DNA of 64,000 nt from Botryllus schlosseri (taxonomy: Eukaryota). The stretch lies in the NCBI GenBank assembly GCA_051294905.1, contig CM119371.1:41232001-41296000 (forward strand). The letters are read 5' to 3'. Both the position numbers and the translations under genes were made by a program. How positions within the stretch are numbered: position 1 is the first letter of the stretch; the number at the start of each line of letters is the position of its first letter. Shown one piece after another: positions 12,401 to 25,300 of the stretch. The notes beneath the pieces are model-generated. The model did no database searches. It worked only from the letters and a program-made list of their open reading frames with translations, and was not told the DNA's origin.

Positions 12401-13470
12401 TCGCGCATAGTAGTATTGGCGGGTGAGAAATATAACACGTGCTCTAAACACAAACTAAATTGTCGCCCTTAGAGCCATAAGGCTAGCATGGGGAATCTTT
12501 TCATGCTCTAAATGTTTCCCGGTTTTCTCTAAATGTTCCGTTTGGATTTAGAGGAATATAACATCAAATGTAGAATCTCAGGTATATCGGGCGACATTAA
12601 TAGCCCCAACCGGGCAGGACCGGGACCCCAACCTTAACCCTAACCCACATCCAACCTTAATACCCCATTCCCCAACCCTAATATCCCCCTCTCCCCCAAC
12701 CCTAATTTTGGGTTAACCTAACCACAACTTTGACCCTAACTCACATCCAACCCTAATATCCCTCCTTCCTCTTCCCTAATACCCCCTCCCTCAACCGTAA
12801 TCTTGGGATACCCTTACTCCAACTTTGACCCTAACCCACATCCAACACCAATATCTCCATTCCCCCAACCCTAATATCCGTCTATTCAAATGCAAAAAAA
12901 ATATTTTGACGTTAATAAAATTTTATCGTGTTCATGGGGAAACATTTACAGGTGTCATGGGGAACATTGTTTTGATCTCGGGCGTATATCGAAGAAGCGC
13001 CCAATTTACCTCTCCCTCCGCCCGCACTGAGCTATATAAAAATAAACCCGCACTTCTGGTTGCGAAATCAGCGTGCCCGAGTCCGGATTTTGGCATGCTC
13101 AAAGTCCAAGTATAGATAACTAACCTAACTAACTTCCATAGGTTAGTTATCCATAGTCCAAATCCAATCTTATTTTTCAAAATCACAATTCAGTCTGATC
13201 GGGATCCAACGAAAATAATCCATAATCCTGTGCAATCCAATGCTCATCTTTGGTAGACACTGAACAATGTTCACCACGATCACCATTATGTGCTTCTCAT
13301 GAACACGTCAACATTTATAAACCTCCAAATAATTTGTTTTTCGCCTTAGGATTAGGGGTATTGGGGCTGGGAAGAGGGGTATTAGGGTTGGGCTTGGGGG
13401 ATATTAGATTTGGGGTGGGGAATGGGTATAGAGGGTTGGGATAAGGATATCCCAAGATTATGCTTGGGGG

Positions 13471-13655
13471 CAATGTTCCCTCTAAGCTGCGCACGTGCGC
13501 AGTGCTGACACGGTCTCTGCACATAGAAAATCTAAGTTGCGCACAAAAAACCAGAAATGATGACCATTTTTTAGTCGTTACGCACTGTTGTCCAAGGGAC
13601 TGCGCAGTGAGTTTGTGAGTGTGCGCAGACTTGTCAAAAATTAGAGGGAACATTG
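13471..13655. mobile_element. 185-bp hAT-type MITE
   Basis: Perfect TIR caatgttccctctaa / ttagagggaacattg; TSD cttggggg / cttgggga. Confidence 0.85.
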
Positions 13656-13943
13656 CTTGGGGATGACATATATCAAGGTTGAGAGTATCGTGTCCCTCAC
13701 CGGCTCACCATAAAAGAAACCCTAATTTTGGGATACCCTTATATCTTCGACCCTAATACCCCCCTACAAAACTAATATATCCCACCTCCACCAACCCTAA
13801 TATCCCATAACCTTAACCCCAAATCACCTCCAACACAAAAATCCCCAGCCCAACCCTAATATCTCTCCCAAGGCATAAAACAATCTATTTTGACGTTTAT
13901 AAATTGCGAAATGTTCATGAGAAACATTTATTGGTGATCACGG

Positions 13944-14804
13944 CAGTGTTGGGATCAAGTCACTACCTTCGAGTCACGAGTCATTGCACATTTTGACTCG
14001 AGTCAAGTCAAGTCACTCGATTATTGGAGGTGACTCGAGTCAAGTCAAGTCACGAGTCAAGTCACCATTCAAGTCAAAGTTGCCTTTTCGAAGTAGGGGG
14101 CATGATGATAACGTCATCACATTTAGCTAGCTGTCTGAAATACAGATTGAGTGGTCATTGATTTGTAACCAATGAATGAATATAGAGTTAAATATAGGCC
14201 TATACACGTAAGAAGGCTCTGTATCGTTCACATATACGTAGAACTGCAAAACCACAGTTTATAGTTACCAGTCAAAATCGAGAATAGATACGAAATGATA
14301 GGATACAATACATTACCCATTTACAAATCGATATGATACAATTCGAGCCTCCGCCAATGGTCGACGGACTGTGTAAACTAGGCTATATTCGAATTAAATT
14401 TCAATAAAACAAGAAGTTTGGTTAAAACAAATACAGAGATTAATTACTTTACTTTACTATACTATACTAGTTTACGACAGCCTCGATCACTTCGTTTGCG
14501 GTCAATTATTTGTGACGGAACAATGGAGGCTCAGTAAAACGCACGATCATCAAATGATTGGTCGCTCTCACGGTTACACTACAATCTCTATAGTTACACC
14601 AGCGTTTCGCGAACAATTCAAACATATGCAAGATTCAGTGATTTTTATCGAGACCGATGACTTAAAATTGACTCGTGAATTTTGCTCCGAGTCACGAGTC
14701 AATCCATAATTCTGATACGCCGAGTGAAGTGGAGTTATTTTAGCAAAGTGACTCGAGTCAAGTCAGGTCAATCGAAAAAGGTGACTCGAGTCATCCCAAC
14801 ACTG
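13944..14804. mobile_element. hAT-type MITE (CAGTGTTGGGAT family)
   Basis: TIR cagtgttgggat / atcccaacactg, perfect 8-bp TSD gatcacgg, gactcgagtc subterminal arrays. Second copy at 48296-50514. Confidence 0.9.
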
Positions 14805-15583
14805 GATCACGGTGAACATTGTTCGATATATGCCCTATTCTATACTGCCCTTAACCGAAGAGTATCGACTCAACGGGCAATCATCACTACTCTTAAGCAT
14901 GCAAACTCGAGCATTGTCAGCTCTCCTGTATAGTACCATGACTAACCAACAGTTGAATTCCTAGTCGTGGCTATTTGGTCTCCAACCCCAGGAAAACTCT
15001 CAACCATTTGTAGACGGATAACCAAACGGCGTACCGTGCGGGCCGCAGGAGAGGTGGAACTTGCAATGCAATACTATAAGCCGCGGGACAGGTGGAAGTT
15101 CTAACACTAAAGCGCGGATCAAACCTAAACGACGGAAAGCAGAACAGTGGATTGTGGAACTTGTAATACTAAACAACGGAACTATGAACAGAGCGGACCG
15201 AGAAACATGCGGAACCCGCAATGTTAAACGGCGAAATTGGGGACAACCACAAAATGCACAGTGAAAACGTCGGCCTATGTAGCGACTACAAGGCTAATAC
15301 ATTACGATGGATTACTCGTGCACAAAATGAACTGCATCAACACTTAACAGAGTTTAAAAGAACAATACTAGTCAGCCGTCTAGTTTACCGGACCTCAACC
15401 TGACATATCGATCTCGCCTTCAGAGGCCCATGCCACCTCTGTTTGTCGCCTGTCCTCTTATATCAATCTTCTTCTGCTTTTCATTCAGTGTGCATGCCTC
15501 CTTTTTTACATCATCTAGGCCACGAGGGTGTCTGATTTCGAACACTACTCCAAAAGTCGATTCGGCAACTTCCTATCTTTCAT

Positions 15584-15891
15584 TGTAATGGTTAAGCGTC
15601 CGGCTTCTTGATCGGTAGGTCGTGGGTTCGATTCCCGGCCGGGTCAGACCAAAGACCTGATTAGTAACACTGGTATCCATGGCTTCCCTGCTTGGCGCTC
15701 ATGCATTACCGGGATAGCATGGAGGGGTGGTGCATGACTTGGAAAGTCGTAAAGGCTATATCTGCACTTCCTTGTCCAGCGGCATATGCACTCATGGTAT
15801 GCATATGCGCAGATCGTGTGTATGTATATCATGAGTCGGTGTATATGCCGCAAAAACATCAAGGACAAAAATAAACTACGTCCTTTCCTTA
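15584..15891 (+). mobile_element. tRNA-derived SINE with a conserved core (MetaSINE-like), inserted in an older repeat
   Basis: Partial A box tgtaatggttaagcg, B box gggttcgattccc, then ggccgggtcagaccaaagac...ggcttccctgcttggcgctca. The host repeat is split at cattgta / tcgcag relative to the copy at 50095-50350. Confidence 0.75.
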
Positions 15892-16647
15892 GTATCGCAG
15901 TCTTTGTGGTGTATTGAAATGATGAAATTGTTAGCAATAAATTGAATTGAACCATTAAAATAAGTTTTTCATGTGTATAAATTCAAATCACATATATCAG
16001 TATCAGCATCGGTATCAGTTTATTATTATTTTCATCGTTTTTAAACACCAAATGAGCGTGTATCTTATGTGTTTCCTCCAGAGACCTCTTGAGACTAGGT
16101 TAGGGTTCCGGGGAATACCGTTATGAGCCACACTGTACAAATGCAAAGGAAATGGCACTAATCTTCTAATAGAATGTTCGAACACGAGGAATGTAGGTAT
16201 ACTTGCTAATTGCTAATAAAACCGAAGTTGAAACAAGTATGCTCGGGCATGACTTAACTTGACGGTATGTCTATGAAGTCGCTACTAACCGATGAGCGAG
16301 ATTGTTCTGCTCTGGTGGAAATTGCCATATATACCGGTATTGAAGTTAAAAGTTTAAAAAATTGCCAAATTCCCTGGCAGCTATGTGGGGTTTGCGTTGG
16401 CAATGAACCATTGGCACCTGAGCTCCGAAAATACGGTGCTATCATCACGCCCGCCGCCACAAAGAATAGGATCAATAAACTGTCCGGTGTCCGCTGGTCT
16501 GGTCTTTTCGACTTTGGATAACTAACATACGGAGTGTAATTTCTCCATCCTCTAGTCTGTTCATTACATTTACATTATTCATACAGACCCCTACAATCTA
16601 TATTATTATATCGCATTGTACATCATTTTTTAAACAGGGACGAAAGC

Positions 16648-17657
16648 GATTACCAGAGAACCCGGCCCTTGGAGAACCCGGCCCTACCAACTCGGCCCTC
16701 GGAGAACCCGGCCCTTGGAGAACCCGGCCCTCGAGAAATTTTGTATATCAAGCACGCGTGGTCTACTTGTTGTGGTATTCACGGTGTTTTTCGACTACTC
16801 TGGACCTCGGAGAATGCGGCCCTCGAACAATTTTGAATTAAAAATGCATTAAATGTGTACCCGGCCCTCGGGAAATTTTGTATTCACCGGCAATCCTAAT
16901 ATCCTAACCCTAATATCCCACCTCCGGCAACCCTAATATCCCACCCCGGCAACCCTAATATCCCACTTTCGGCAACCCTAATATCCCACCCCGGCAACCC
17001 TAATATCCCACCTCCACCAACCCTAATATCCCACCTCCGGCAACCCAAATATCCCACCTCCACCAACCCTAGTATCCCACCTCCGGCAACCCTAATACCC
17101 CACCTCCGGCAACCCTAATATCCCACCCCCGGCAACCCTAATATCCTAACCCTAACCCTAATATCCTACCCCAACCCTAATATCCCCCCTCCCCCAACCC
17201 TAATATCCCACCTCAGGCAACCCTAATATCCCACCTCCACTAACCCTAATATCCCACCTCTGGCAACCCTAATATCCCACCTCCGGCAACCCTAATATCC
17301 CACCTCCCCCAACCCTAATATCCTCCTCCCCCAACCCTAATATCCCACCTCCGGCAACCCTAATATCCCACCTCCACCAACCCTAATATCCCACCTCCGG
17401 CAACCCTAATATCCCACCTCAACCAGCCCTAATATCCCACCTCTGGCAACCCTAATATCCCACGCCGTGACTGCGTGACCTACGCATGCCCTGAGCTCCT
17501 TACAAGACCGACAAATCAGTTGATAATAACATTATTACTTTATTAATTCATATTAATACTTGTGAATACACCGAGGGCCGGGTTCTCCAAGGGCCGGGTT
17601 CTCCGAGGGCCGAGTTGGTGGGGCCGGGTTCTCCAAGGGCCGGGTTCTCCGGCAACC
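16648..17657. mobile_element. Non-autonomous TIR element (GGTTGCC-end family) with internal minisatellite
   Basis: Inverted arrays of ggagaacccggccct / agggccgggttctcc at both ends. No clear TSD. Confidence 0.8.
16890..17462 (+). repeat. ~23-bp minisatellite (ggcaaccctaatatcccacctcc)n containing the CCCTAA hexamer
   Basis: About 24 tandem variants, directly visible. Confidence 0.95.
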
Positions 17658-18022
17658 GTTGAGTTGCGATGGTCAATTGACCAATGTAGCATATATAATG
17701 TAGAGCAAATACATCCCCGATCTGATGTTGCTATATATTTTACATCCACCTTGTACGATTGTAGATATGTAGTAACTTCTTATGTAGGGTGCGTGTAGAC
17801 AACTGAATCAACTATAATCGTTTGTGTTTATATAGGCTATCTGCGAATCTGATGACTCCAAACTGGTCAGCGCCTCACTCGTCTTCGAGGGTATAAAACT
17901 ATAAACGCGTATGGTTGATTGTTTCCTGCTTCACTAAGATGGTACTGGTAATACACACCACACCATAACAATCTTCTTCGTTCTTCAGTGTATAAAGCAT
18001 AAAATATTACCAGGTTACAATT

Positions 18023-19636
18023 ATGAAAATGCATTTGCGCACTGCGCAAGGAATATTACTCCTCTATGCCTGCATGTTTTCATTAACACAGGCTGATTTC
18101 GGATATATCACAATGATAAACGACATCGATAATGCATCCTTACAAGTCTGTTCCCAATTCAACCCCAGTTTCGCCCCCTATCCAGAGACTTTGAATCCGG
18201 ACTCTAAAGGAATACGGGTCGTCGACATTTACCCAGACCCCGGCTGCGATCCCCCAGAAAACCCAGACATATACAAAGGAAAGATTGTGTTCATGAAAAG
18301 AGAGAACTGTACGTTTGCACGAAGAGCTAAAATAGTTCAAGATGCGGAAGGTAAAGGCATTGTCGTAGTTAGCGAAAAGGGATCCGTTAGCCCAGGTGCT
18401 GACACCACGGAATACCATGAAATCAACATCACCGTGTCAGTTATCGGGAATCATTCTTACAACAGCCTATCCGCGGAAATGCATAAGTATGGTGAAGACA
18501 AAGTGTCGCTAATGCTACATGCCCCGGAAGTTCAATCTTGGAATGTAGACATGTTTGTAATGTGGGCCATCGCGGTCCTAGCCTGCGGTACAGGCGCGTG
18601 GGCTCAAGGTAGCGCTTACGCGGAGCAATTATCTCGTATGATGGCGTCTCGATCTACCGGAAGCTCTCCAAACACTAAAGAGAACAAAAAGAAAGTGCCT
18701 CAAATCACGTTGGTGCACGCTGTCATCTTTTTTGCCATGAGCTCCGTATCTATACTGTTGATGTATTACTTCTACAAGTATATGGTGTACGTGATCATCT
18801 CCATCTTTTGCTTGGCGTCTTGTATCGCGATGTTTGATTTGTTGGACGGAAAATTCAACAAGTCTCCTTGCTTTGCGCGTTATCGCCTCCCGAAATTACC
18901 GTGTATGAAGTCTAGGATACCGTTTTTGAGCGTTGTATTATTCTCGATTTGTGCCGCCATATCTATCTTTTGGGTAATTAACCGCAAAGCTTCCTACGCA
19001 TGGATTTTACAGGATATTCTAGGATTCGCGTTTTGCGTGCATATGATCAAACAATTACGATTGCCGAGTTTCAAGATCAGCGCAGCCATTCTGATTCTGT
19101 TCTTCATATATGACATATTCTATGTGTTTATCACCCCGTTTCTCACTAAAAACCATGAAAGCATCATGGTTAACATAGCTACTGGTTCAGGCGGGTCGTC
19201 TTCTGAGGAATTACCGATGTTATTCAAACTTCCAAGGTTAGGACATTATGCTTTTCGGGAATGTGTCACTATCACCTCTTATTCCATGTTAGGGTTCGGA
19301 GATGTGATCCTTCCTGGGTTACACGTTGGATATTGTGCAAATTGGGATTGTCGCATCAGCATTAATACTGTCCGTAGACACACATACTACATAGCTGCCA
19401 TTATAGGTTATGGTTTAGGACTGATCCTGACTTACGTAGGCATGTTTTTAATGTCTACCGGGCAACCTGCGTTGCTGTATTTGACACCTTGCTGCTTGTT
19501 AAGTACCTTAATCGTGGCTCTAAAACGAAAGGAATTACCTGCTATCTGGAAAGGTAAGGTAAAGCGGCGTGTTGAAGTCACTACCCCTGAAGAAGAATCA
19601 GAGTCGTTAATGTCGAATGGGGACCATGATCTTTAA
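18023..19636 (+). CDS. SPPL2: Signal peptide peptidase-like 2 family aspartyl intramembrane protease, intronless (537 aa)
   Basis: N-terminal signal peptide, PA domain (KIVFMKRENCTFARRAKIVQDAEGKGIVVVS), multiple TM segments, catalytic YD (IYDIFYVF) and GxGD (LGFGD), and QPALLYL motif. Confidence 0.95.
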   Translation: MKMHLRTAQGILLLYACMFSLTQADFGYITMINDIDNASLQVCSQFNPSFAPYPETLNPDSKGIRVVDIYPDPGCDPPENPDIYKGKIVFMKRENCTFARRAKIVQDAEGKGIVVVSEKGSVSPGADTTEYHEINITVSVIGNHSYNSLSAEMHKYGEDKVSLMLHAPEVQSWNVDMFVMWAIAVLACGTGAWAQGSAYAEQLSRMMASRSTGSSPNTKENKKKVPQITLVHAVIFFAMSSVSILLMYYFYKYMVYVIISIFCLASCIAMFDLLDGKFNKSPCFARYRLPKLPCMKSRIPFLSVVLFSICAAISIFWVINRKASYAWILQDILGFAFCVHMIKQLRLPSFKISAAILILFFIYDIFYVFITPFLTKNHESIMVNIATGSGGSSSEELPMLFKLPRLGHYAFRECVTITSYSMLGFGDVILPGLHVGYCANWDCRISINTVRRHTYYIAAIIGYGLGLILTYVGMFLMSTGQPALLYLTPCCLLSTLIVALKRKELPAIWKGKVKRRVEVTTPEEESESLMSNGDHDL

Positions 19637-21979
19637 GACTGGCTGTGTGGCAGTGTCGTGCAGTATTTTTTGCAAACGTTGCTATTTTGATTAACCAGCG
19701 GACTTGTAAAACGTGTACCTACGACTGTGATTGCTCTTGTGTCGAATTCACTATCTCTCAGGGGTCTAACATGCGAGGAAAATACTTCCTCTTGTATTTT
19801 TTGTATAATCAATTCACTGCTAGTTATATCATCATTATGTCCTGACGATGAAATCATACACCAACATTCACTAGTAAGGCAAGCGCGCACCTTGTACTAT
19901 GGTGATTTGTGATGTCGTTACCAGAGAAGAAAAACTTTCGTTCATAACTTGAGTGAAGGAACCAGCCAATTCCATTCCTCAAAGTCAACCAAAACTTGCT
20001 AGTGGAAATGTTGTAGTCTAAGTCTGTGTGAACAGCAGCTGCACATTAGTCGTAAACACCCTAATCTGAAAGATTTCTCACTACTTCGCAGCAAATTGTC
20101 GAGATTTGGTGTCCTCAACCTTGAGTGTGTGATACTTCTTTGCGTTATCAATATCAATATTTGTGTGGTGCAATTTTCTTGATATGTGCAAGAGTCCGCT
20201 ATTGTCCAATATGCTCACAACTGTAATCGCTTATACTGATTATTACCTGACTAATTTTGCGATTGTTCATTTATAGCAAATATCAAGACTATATGCCAGA
20301 TCTGCTCTTGAACTGTATTTTTTGTGAAACTATGTCTTCTGTTTTAAAGTGGTAGTGAATATTGCATACTGCTGGTAAAAGTACGATATCTTCCCTTGTG
20401 TCTGGAGATTTAGATGTTGCAACATTTCCACTGTCGTTTGTGCAGGATAGTTGTCCCGAATAAGTTGCGAATGTGACATTATCCGTGTGACTGTGTGCTT
20501 TGTCTTATTTCTTGTGTTTTTATTCACAAATACGTACTTTCTTGTCTTGATATGTTTGACGAGCTTTTAAAGAATGAGATCGCTACGTAGACAGTATTGT
20601 GAGGATATTGTCAGTTTTGAGTCATAGGTTTTTGCAAAGGTGTTATGTGATTTTCCTTGATGCTTATCAAGAAGAAGTCAGTGATGCTACTGGAAGCTAC
20701 CAGTAGAGATTACTGAGATAGGCCATGTCTAACTCAAAAGGGCCTGTGTTACTTGCCATGCATGCAATTTATCCCTCGAATATAACATAGGCAAGGAATT
20801 ACTGTTACTGTGATTTTGTCCTGGAAAATGCATTTATTTTGTCTTACTACTTGTAATTTTCCCACAGAAATATTATAGTAGTGGTCTTCAGCCATAAATA
20901 GCAGTGACCCGCACTGCAACCAAGCAATTGGAATGATTTCTCTTTCTCCAAATTTAACGACAGATTTGCTTTTAATATATATTCAGAGCATTGTCAAATG
21001 GTGGGCAGCTAGGAATTAATGCCAAACAAACTGTGTGGTCTCTTACCTCATGTTCCATGTATCGGCTGCTGATCGTAACCCAAGCCCTAATCAAACCATT
21101 AACCTATAAGAGACAATAACCAACTGATATCGCGGTCATATTGCAAAATATAGACTTCATTTATTAAGACATTCTACAGAATAACAGTACAAAAGCAAAA
21201 CAGCTACCTGTATTAAATATGAAGCGAGTATGCAATCACAGTTGCCAACACTCCAGAAAACAGGACACTGCTATATGACTAAATGGATGTCAAGTGACAA
21301 TAGCATTATTGGAATTACTACAGCACAGCACAAACACTGGCAAATTTTAGCACCAAATTCAGTAAAAGAGCATACCGTTTGAGAAATCCAAACTTAGAGA
21401 TTAGAGGTAAGGATAGCAATGTGTTCTTATTCGTGCTAGCTCAGAGTGAATGTATAAGTTGTTCAAGTGCTAGAAACCAAATTACTTACAGTGCGCTTAC
21501 AATTTGACAAAGCCTGTAGTAAGCGATGTGCAAAAATGCCTGCGAAAAATTATGGATTTCGGAATGGCATATCTGAGATGGTTGTTTCAAAATATACCTT
21601 CCCTTTCTGCCATGCAGGAATCCTACCAGCCCCAGAAATTCTAATCCTGGCTGATCACAACGTATCAGGATCGAAAATTTCAGTTTGCAGAATTTGATAG
21701 AAATGTTATCAACTGGTCGACGCGACTGATGGGGCATACCTTGTGCAGTGGGCATGTTACATAAAAATATAATATCGTACTTTTTCGCACTTAAAAAAAG
21801 AAGTTAAACATAGAAACAAACAAATGTTTACAGCTCTCATCATTAACTATTCTTCCATCAGCATAAATATATCACCCCAAATATGAACGTTTCAAGACTT
21901 GCTTCTCCATGTTTAAGTCAATGTTTTTGCAACATACCAAATGAAGTATATTAGTATAATAGTACAATGAGCTCCAGTG

Positions 21980-22190
21980 CTCTCTTTGCCCCAATTATTT
22001 GAAATTTCATGCAGATGACGTCATATTTTGTGATACGATTGTTGATATACAATGTTCTTTCCACTTCTCTACTAGTTGCTGATGATTACCCCTGACGAGT
22101 GTCAGCCAAAAATATTCGAATTCATCTCAATATCAATATAGCCTACTATCCGAGTGTATATTGAATTTCCGCACCTTCAAGAAGCTACGT
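21980..22190 (+). mobile_element. Solo Penelope pLTR, hammerhead core mutated (GAAA>AAAA), downstream of the NICN1 stop
   Basis: gctgatgattacccctgacgagtgtcagccaaaaatattcg within a match to the reverse complement of 43915-44077. Confidence 0.8.
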
Positions 22191-22328
22191 TAAGTATATT
22201 CGGACATAGATCTGACAGCTCACAAAATAGGCCTGGGCGTGGTGAGAACAGGGGTTGTTCGGGGTGATGTCCCAAGGCGTCTGATCCACTGGTTATTATC
22301 AACACTGCTATGGTCATTGGTCAGGTAC

Positions 22329-25300
22329 TCAATTCTGAGCATATGACAGCAAATTGATTTCATAACACCCGTCGATATCAAATCGGCCGACTGTCACAGA
22401 GGTCGCCCCTGCGGAAGATTTGTCCGTCAGACGCCAAAGTTCATGCAGCGACGATGATAACTGGCCCGGGTCGGGCAGGCCTGCGCGTCTAATTTCCTCT
22501 TTCAGCTTACGTTCGTCTTCGTCCACCCCAAGACGCAGGGAGTCTGACTGCAACAGCCACCTGGAAAGCATATATCAGTCGAATGTTCTGCCGATCAGGT
22601 TTGCCAGAACCAGAGGTAGTCAGCTGGCCCCGACGTGTTTTTCCGAAAAATTTTGCTTCACTTTTCAAAACTGAATAACACGGTCTTAATGGGATGCGAA
22701 ACCCACTAGTAATATATCGTTGGATTCAGAATGTCAACACCTGTCCAACTACGCCACGAAGCTAGACAAGAACAGGTCAACTGAACGTGTATATAATCAA
22801 GAAGACAAGATAACCTTGTAGTAAAAATGTACAAGGTTTGGTTACTTACCGAGTCCACAACGTATACCTAGTGCGAATAAGTAGCCTATGTGCTATTCAC
22901 TGCGACAGCGATGTTTTCTTTCAAACAAACTATGAGTGACTGCTTTTACTCAATTATTTCCAGGCAAGTTTCCTGTTGATCCGCCAAATATATGTCTCAA
23001 TTACAACATACAAGACGTTGGACGGTCGTCCATTAATTGGAAAATGAAACATCAAATTTTCAATTGATTAAAAAGTATGGAACGTATATTTCTGCATGGC
23101 CGTGAAAACTATAAGGTGAGATTGACTTGCGACTTGGAGCCTTCTGACTTGGTTACAACCCTGAGAGCCACTGAGCTAGATTTTTGAATTATGGGGTTAT
23201 CGGTGAAGGTGTTAGTTATCGGTTTTATTAATATCAGCTCAAAAATTCGATATCAGTCGAGCTCTAATCGAGTACGCTAGATGCTAGGCACAGCATCAAT
23301 CGTTACCACATTATGTTTACCTAGGCATTGTGACAGACAACTCCTCCACCGTTGCGGGAGGGTATAGCTTGACTTCCTTCACGCCAAACGCATGCCAGCA
23401 AGGAGACGGTTGCATCATTACCAATCGCAGAAGCGTTACATTGTCCAGCTTGCATTTAAAATCCGCTGCGGTCAGCACAAACTTCGACTGTGTGATAAGA
23501 ACATGTTGAGTAGAGGCATATCTCGAGATTGTAGAGGTATATATATATATTATACTATAATTCTCTCTGATAAATTCACTCTTAGTGGCAATAACCGCAT
23601 AATTTAGTTACCTGAAAAATGCTCTCACTAAATGTCTAGAGTCATTGGAATTAATGCTCGACCCGAGTAATTCATTGTGCCCACTGACACTGACCCAAAT
23701 TGTGATTGATGATTGTGACGTGAGCTACGAAGATACCATGGTGCACTCATAAATTAGCTGCTCTGCGACATGTGGTATCCACATCACGGGGGAATTTTTT
23801 TACCTAAATAATTTTGGCATTTTTTTACCGTAAAAACTTGATTTTGACCCAACGTATGCAAATTAGATGTTTTCCCACATAATGTTATAAATGTACTACT
23901 TATCATTTCTGGTTCGAAGTGTCAGTCCTTAAAAAGTAGTTAGGCCTGAAAAAACTTTTTTGACTAGAAAACTCACAAATTTCTTCATGAAAAAACTTCA
24001 TTTTAATGAAATCTGGCCCTATGAATTCCGGTAGTTACATCACTTAAGAAAGAATTGAAATTTGTTGTAGTACAAAGAAAGATACTTTTCTACATTCCTG
24101 GGTAGACAGTGTCTGTCCATACTAAGTAGCTAGCCAAGAATGGAGAAAAAACGTTCAACAGCAGCATTTGTTGGCTGACAAACCATGTTGCCTCATTTTG
24201 ACAATGGTGTCTGCATCAAAAGTTTTTATCATGTGCTTCTTAATATAAGAACCATGCAATGCCCAAGCAGTCTTGCTTCAGTTAGGATATTGCGGTACGT
24301 TGAGTGTAACACTATGTCAATCTATTTGTTTCATTTGAATGTTTATGATTCACAATGAGCAGACAATGGGCCATCTACAACAGCAGGCCTATAAAGTAGG
24401 CTACAAGCTGTAAAATATCAAATGATAAGTTCCCTCCTGGTAGTGCAAAATCTACGATGCGAACGAAATGCAGGTTGTAAAAAATATTTGACATCGCTTA
24501 CAATTTTGACATTTTTTGACCTAACCCTATAATTTTGACCTAATTTTGACTTTTTTGAAAGTGTCAAAAAAAAATGCCCGAGCCATCAAATTTTAAAATA
24601 TTACTTCCATCTTAATTCATAGATATCCGAGCATTTCCCAAGCAGACCTCGTCAGCTGTGGACCCAAATATTAGCGCTGCTTCCCGAAATTTCATAACTA
24701 CATAATATTTACTTATAACATTACCTGTCCTTTGTTTTCTATGTGTGGGTTTGGCATCAGAATTTTCCTTTTTAAAACCTTCTTCCATGACGTCTTTCCG
24801 TTGGCGTCTTTGATCTGAACATATGAAAAGTATTGCAAGCGACGGTCTAGTTTCAAGTTTTCCTGAAAATGCTACAGGGGAGCTGTATTGTGTGGAACGA
24901 GACAAGCTTTTTGTACAGCAGGCTTGTTAAAAGATAACTTTGTTTCCCGGGTTCCAGGGATTTGCACATTAAAATTTGGCTCGATTTCAACGTAAGAGAT
25001 AAAATTTTGAATGCATCATAGGAAAATTGAAAATACATATAACATTTTACTGCCAACCCCTTGAAATTGTTGAGTTGTCTACAAAAACGTTGCAAATTTG
25101 ACGCAATCCCAACCTGTAGAAGTGAACTTATTTCAGTTTTTCATTAATAATTCCGCATTACGCACTGTGTCCAGACTATTTTTGCAAATCCAAAATTTCA
25201 AACTGTAATAACTTGGCTTCTACCGGTTCGAAATGAGGAAAATTGTTATGCATTGATCTTTTCGTCAACTTGGCTATTTCATATGGTTTACAGCAGGGGT

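Larger units (their letters stand above)
3963..13001. mobile_element. ~9-kb non-coding foldback element with long modular inverted arms
   Basis: Left end ggcgcttcttcgatatacgcccgagatc; right end gatctcgggcgtatatcgaagaagcgcc. Subterminal motif and TTAGGG-like blocks (4090-4440 vs 12600-12880) are inverted. Flanks caattctc / caatttac (6/8) may be a decayed TSD. No credible ORF inside. Confidence 0.85.
13252..14835. mobile_element. Short relative of the foldback (telomere-like arms) carrying two nested MITEs
   Basis: Ends gaacaatgttcacc...catgaaca and tgttcatgagaaacatttattggtgatcacgg[insert]tgaacattgttc; ttagggttgg / ccaaccctaa blocks in inverted orientation. Confidence 0.7.

Noticed and set aside
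15584..15645. tRNA gene (also 45318-45380 and ~54500-54560)
   Set aside because: Acceptor stems are missing or incomplete and the sequence continues into repeat bodies, consistent with SINE heads.
16254..16521. Overlapping 73/84-aa ORFs in unique sequence
   Set aside because: No recognisable domain or consistent splice frame; cannot be supported without a search.
16890..17462. CRISPR-like array
   Set aside because: Head-to-tail minisatellite without unique spacers, no cas genes, eukaryotic context.
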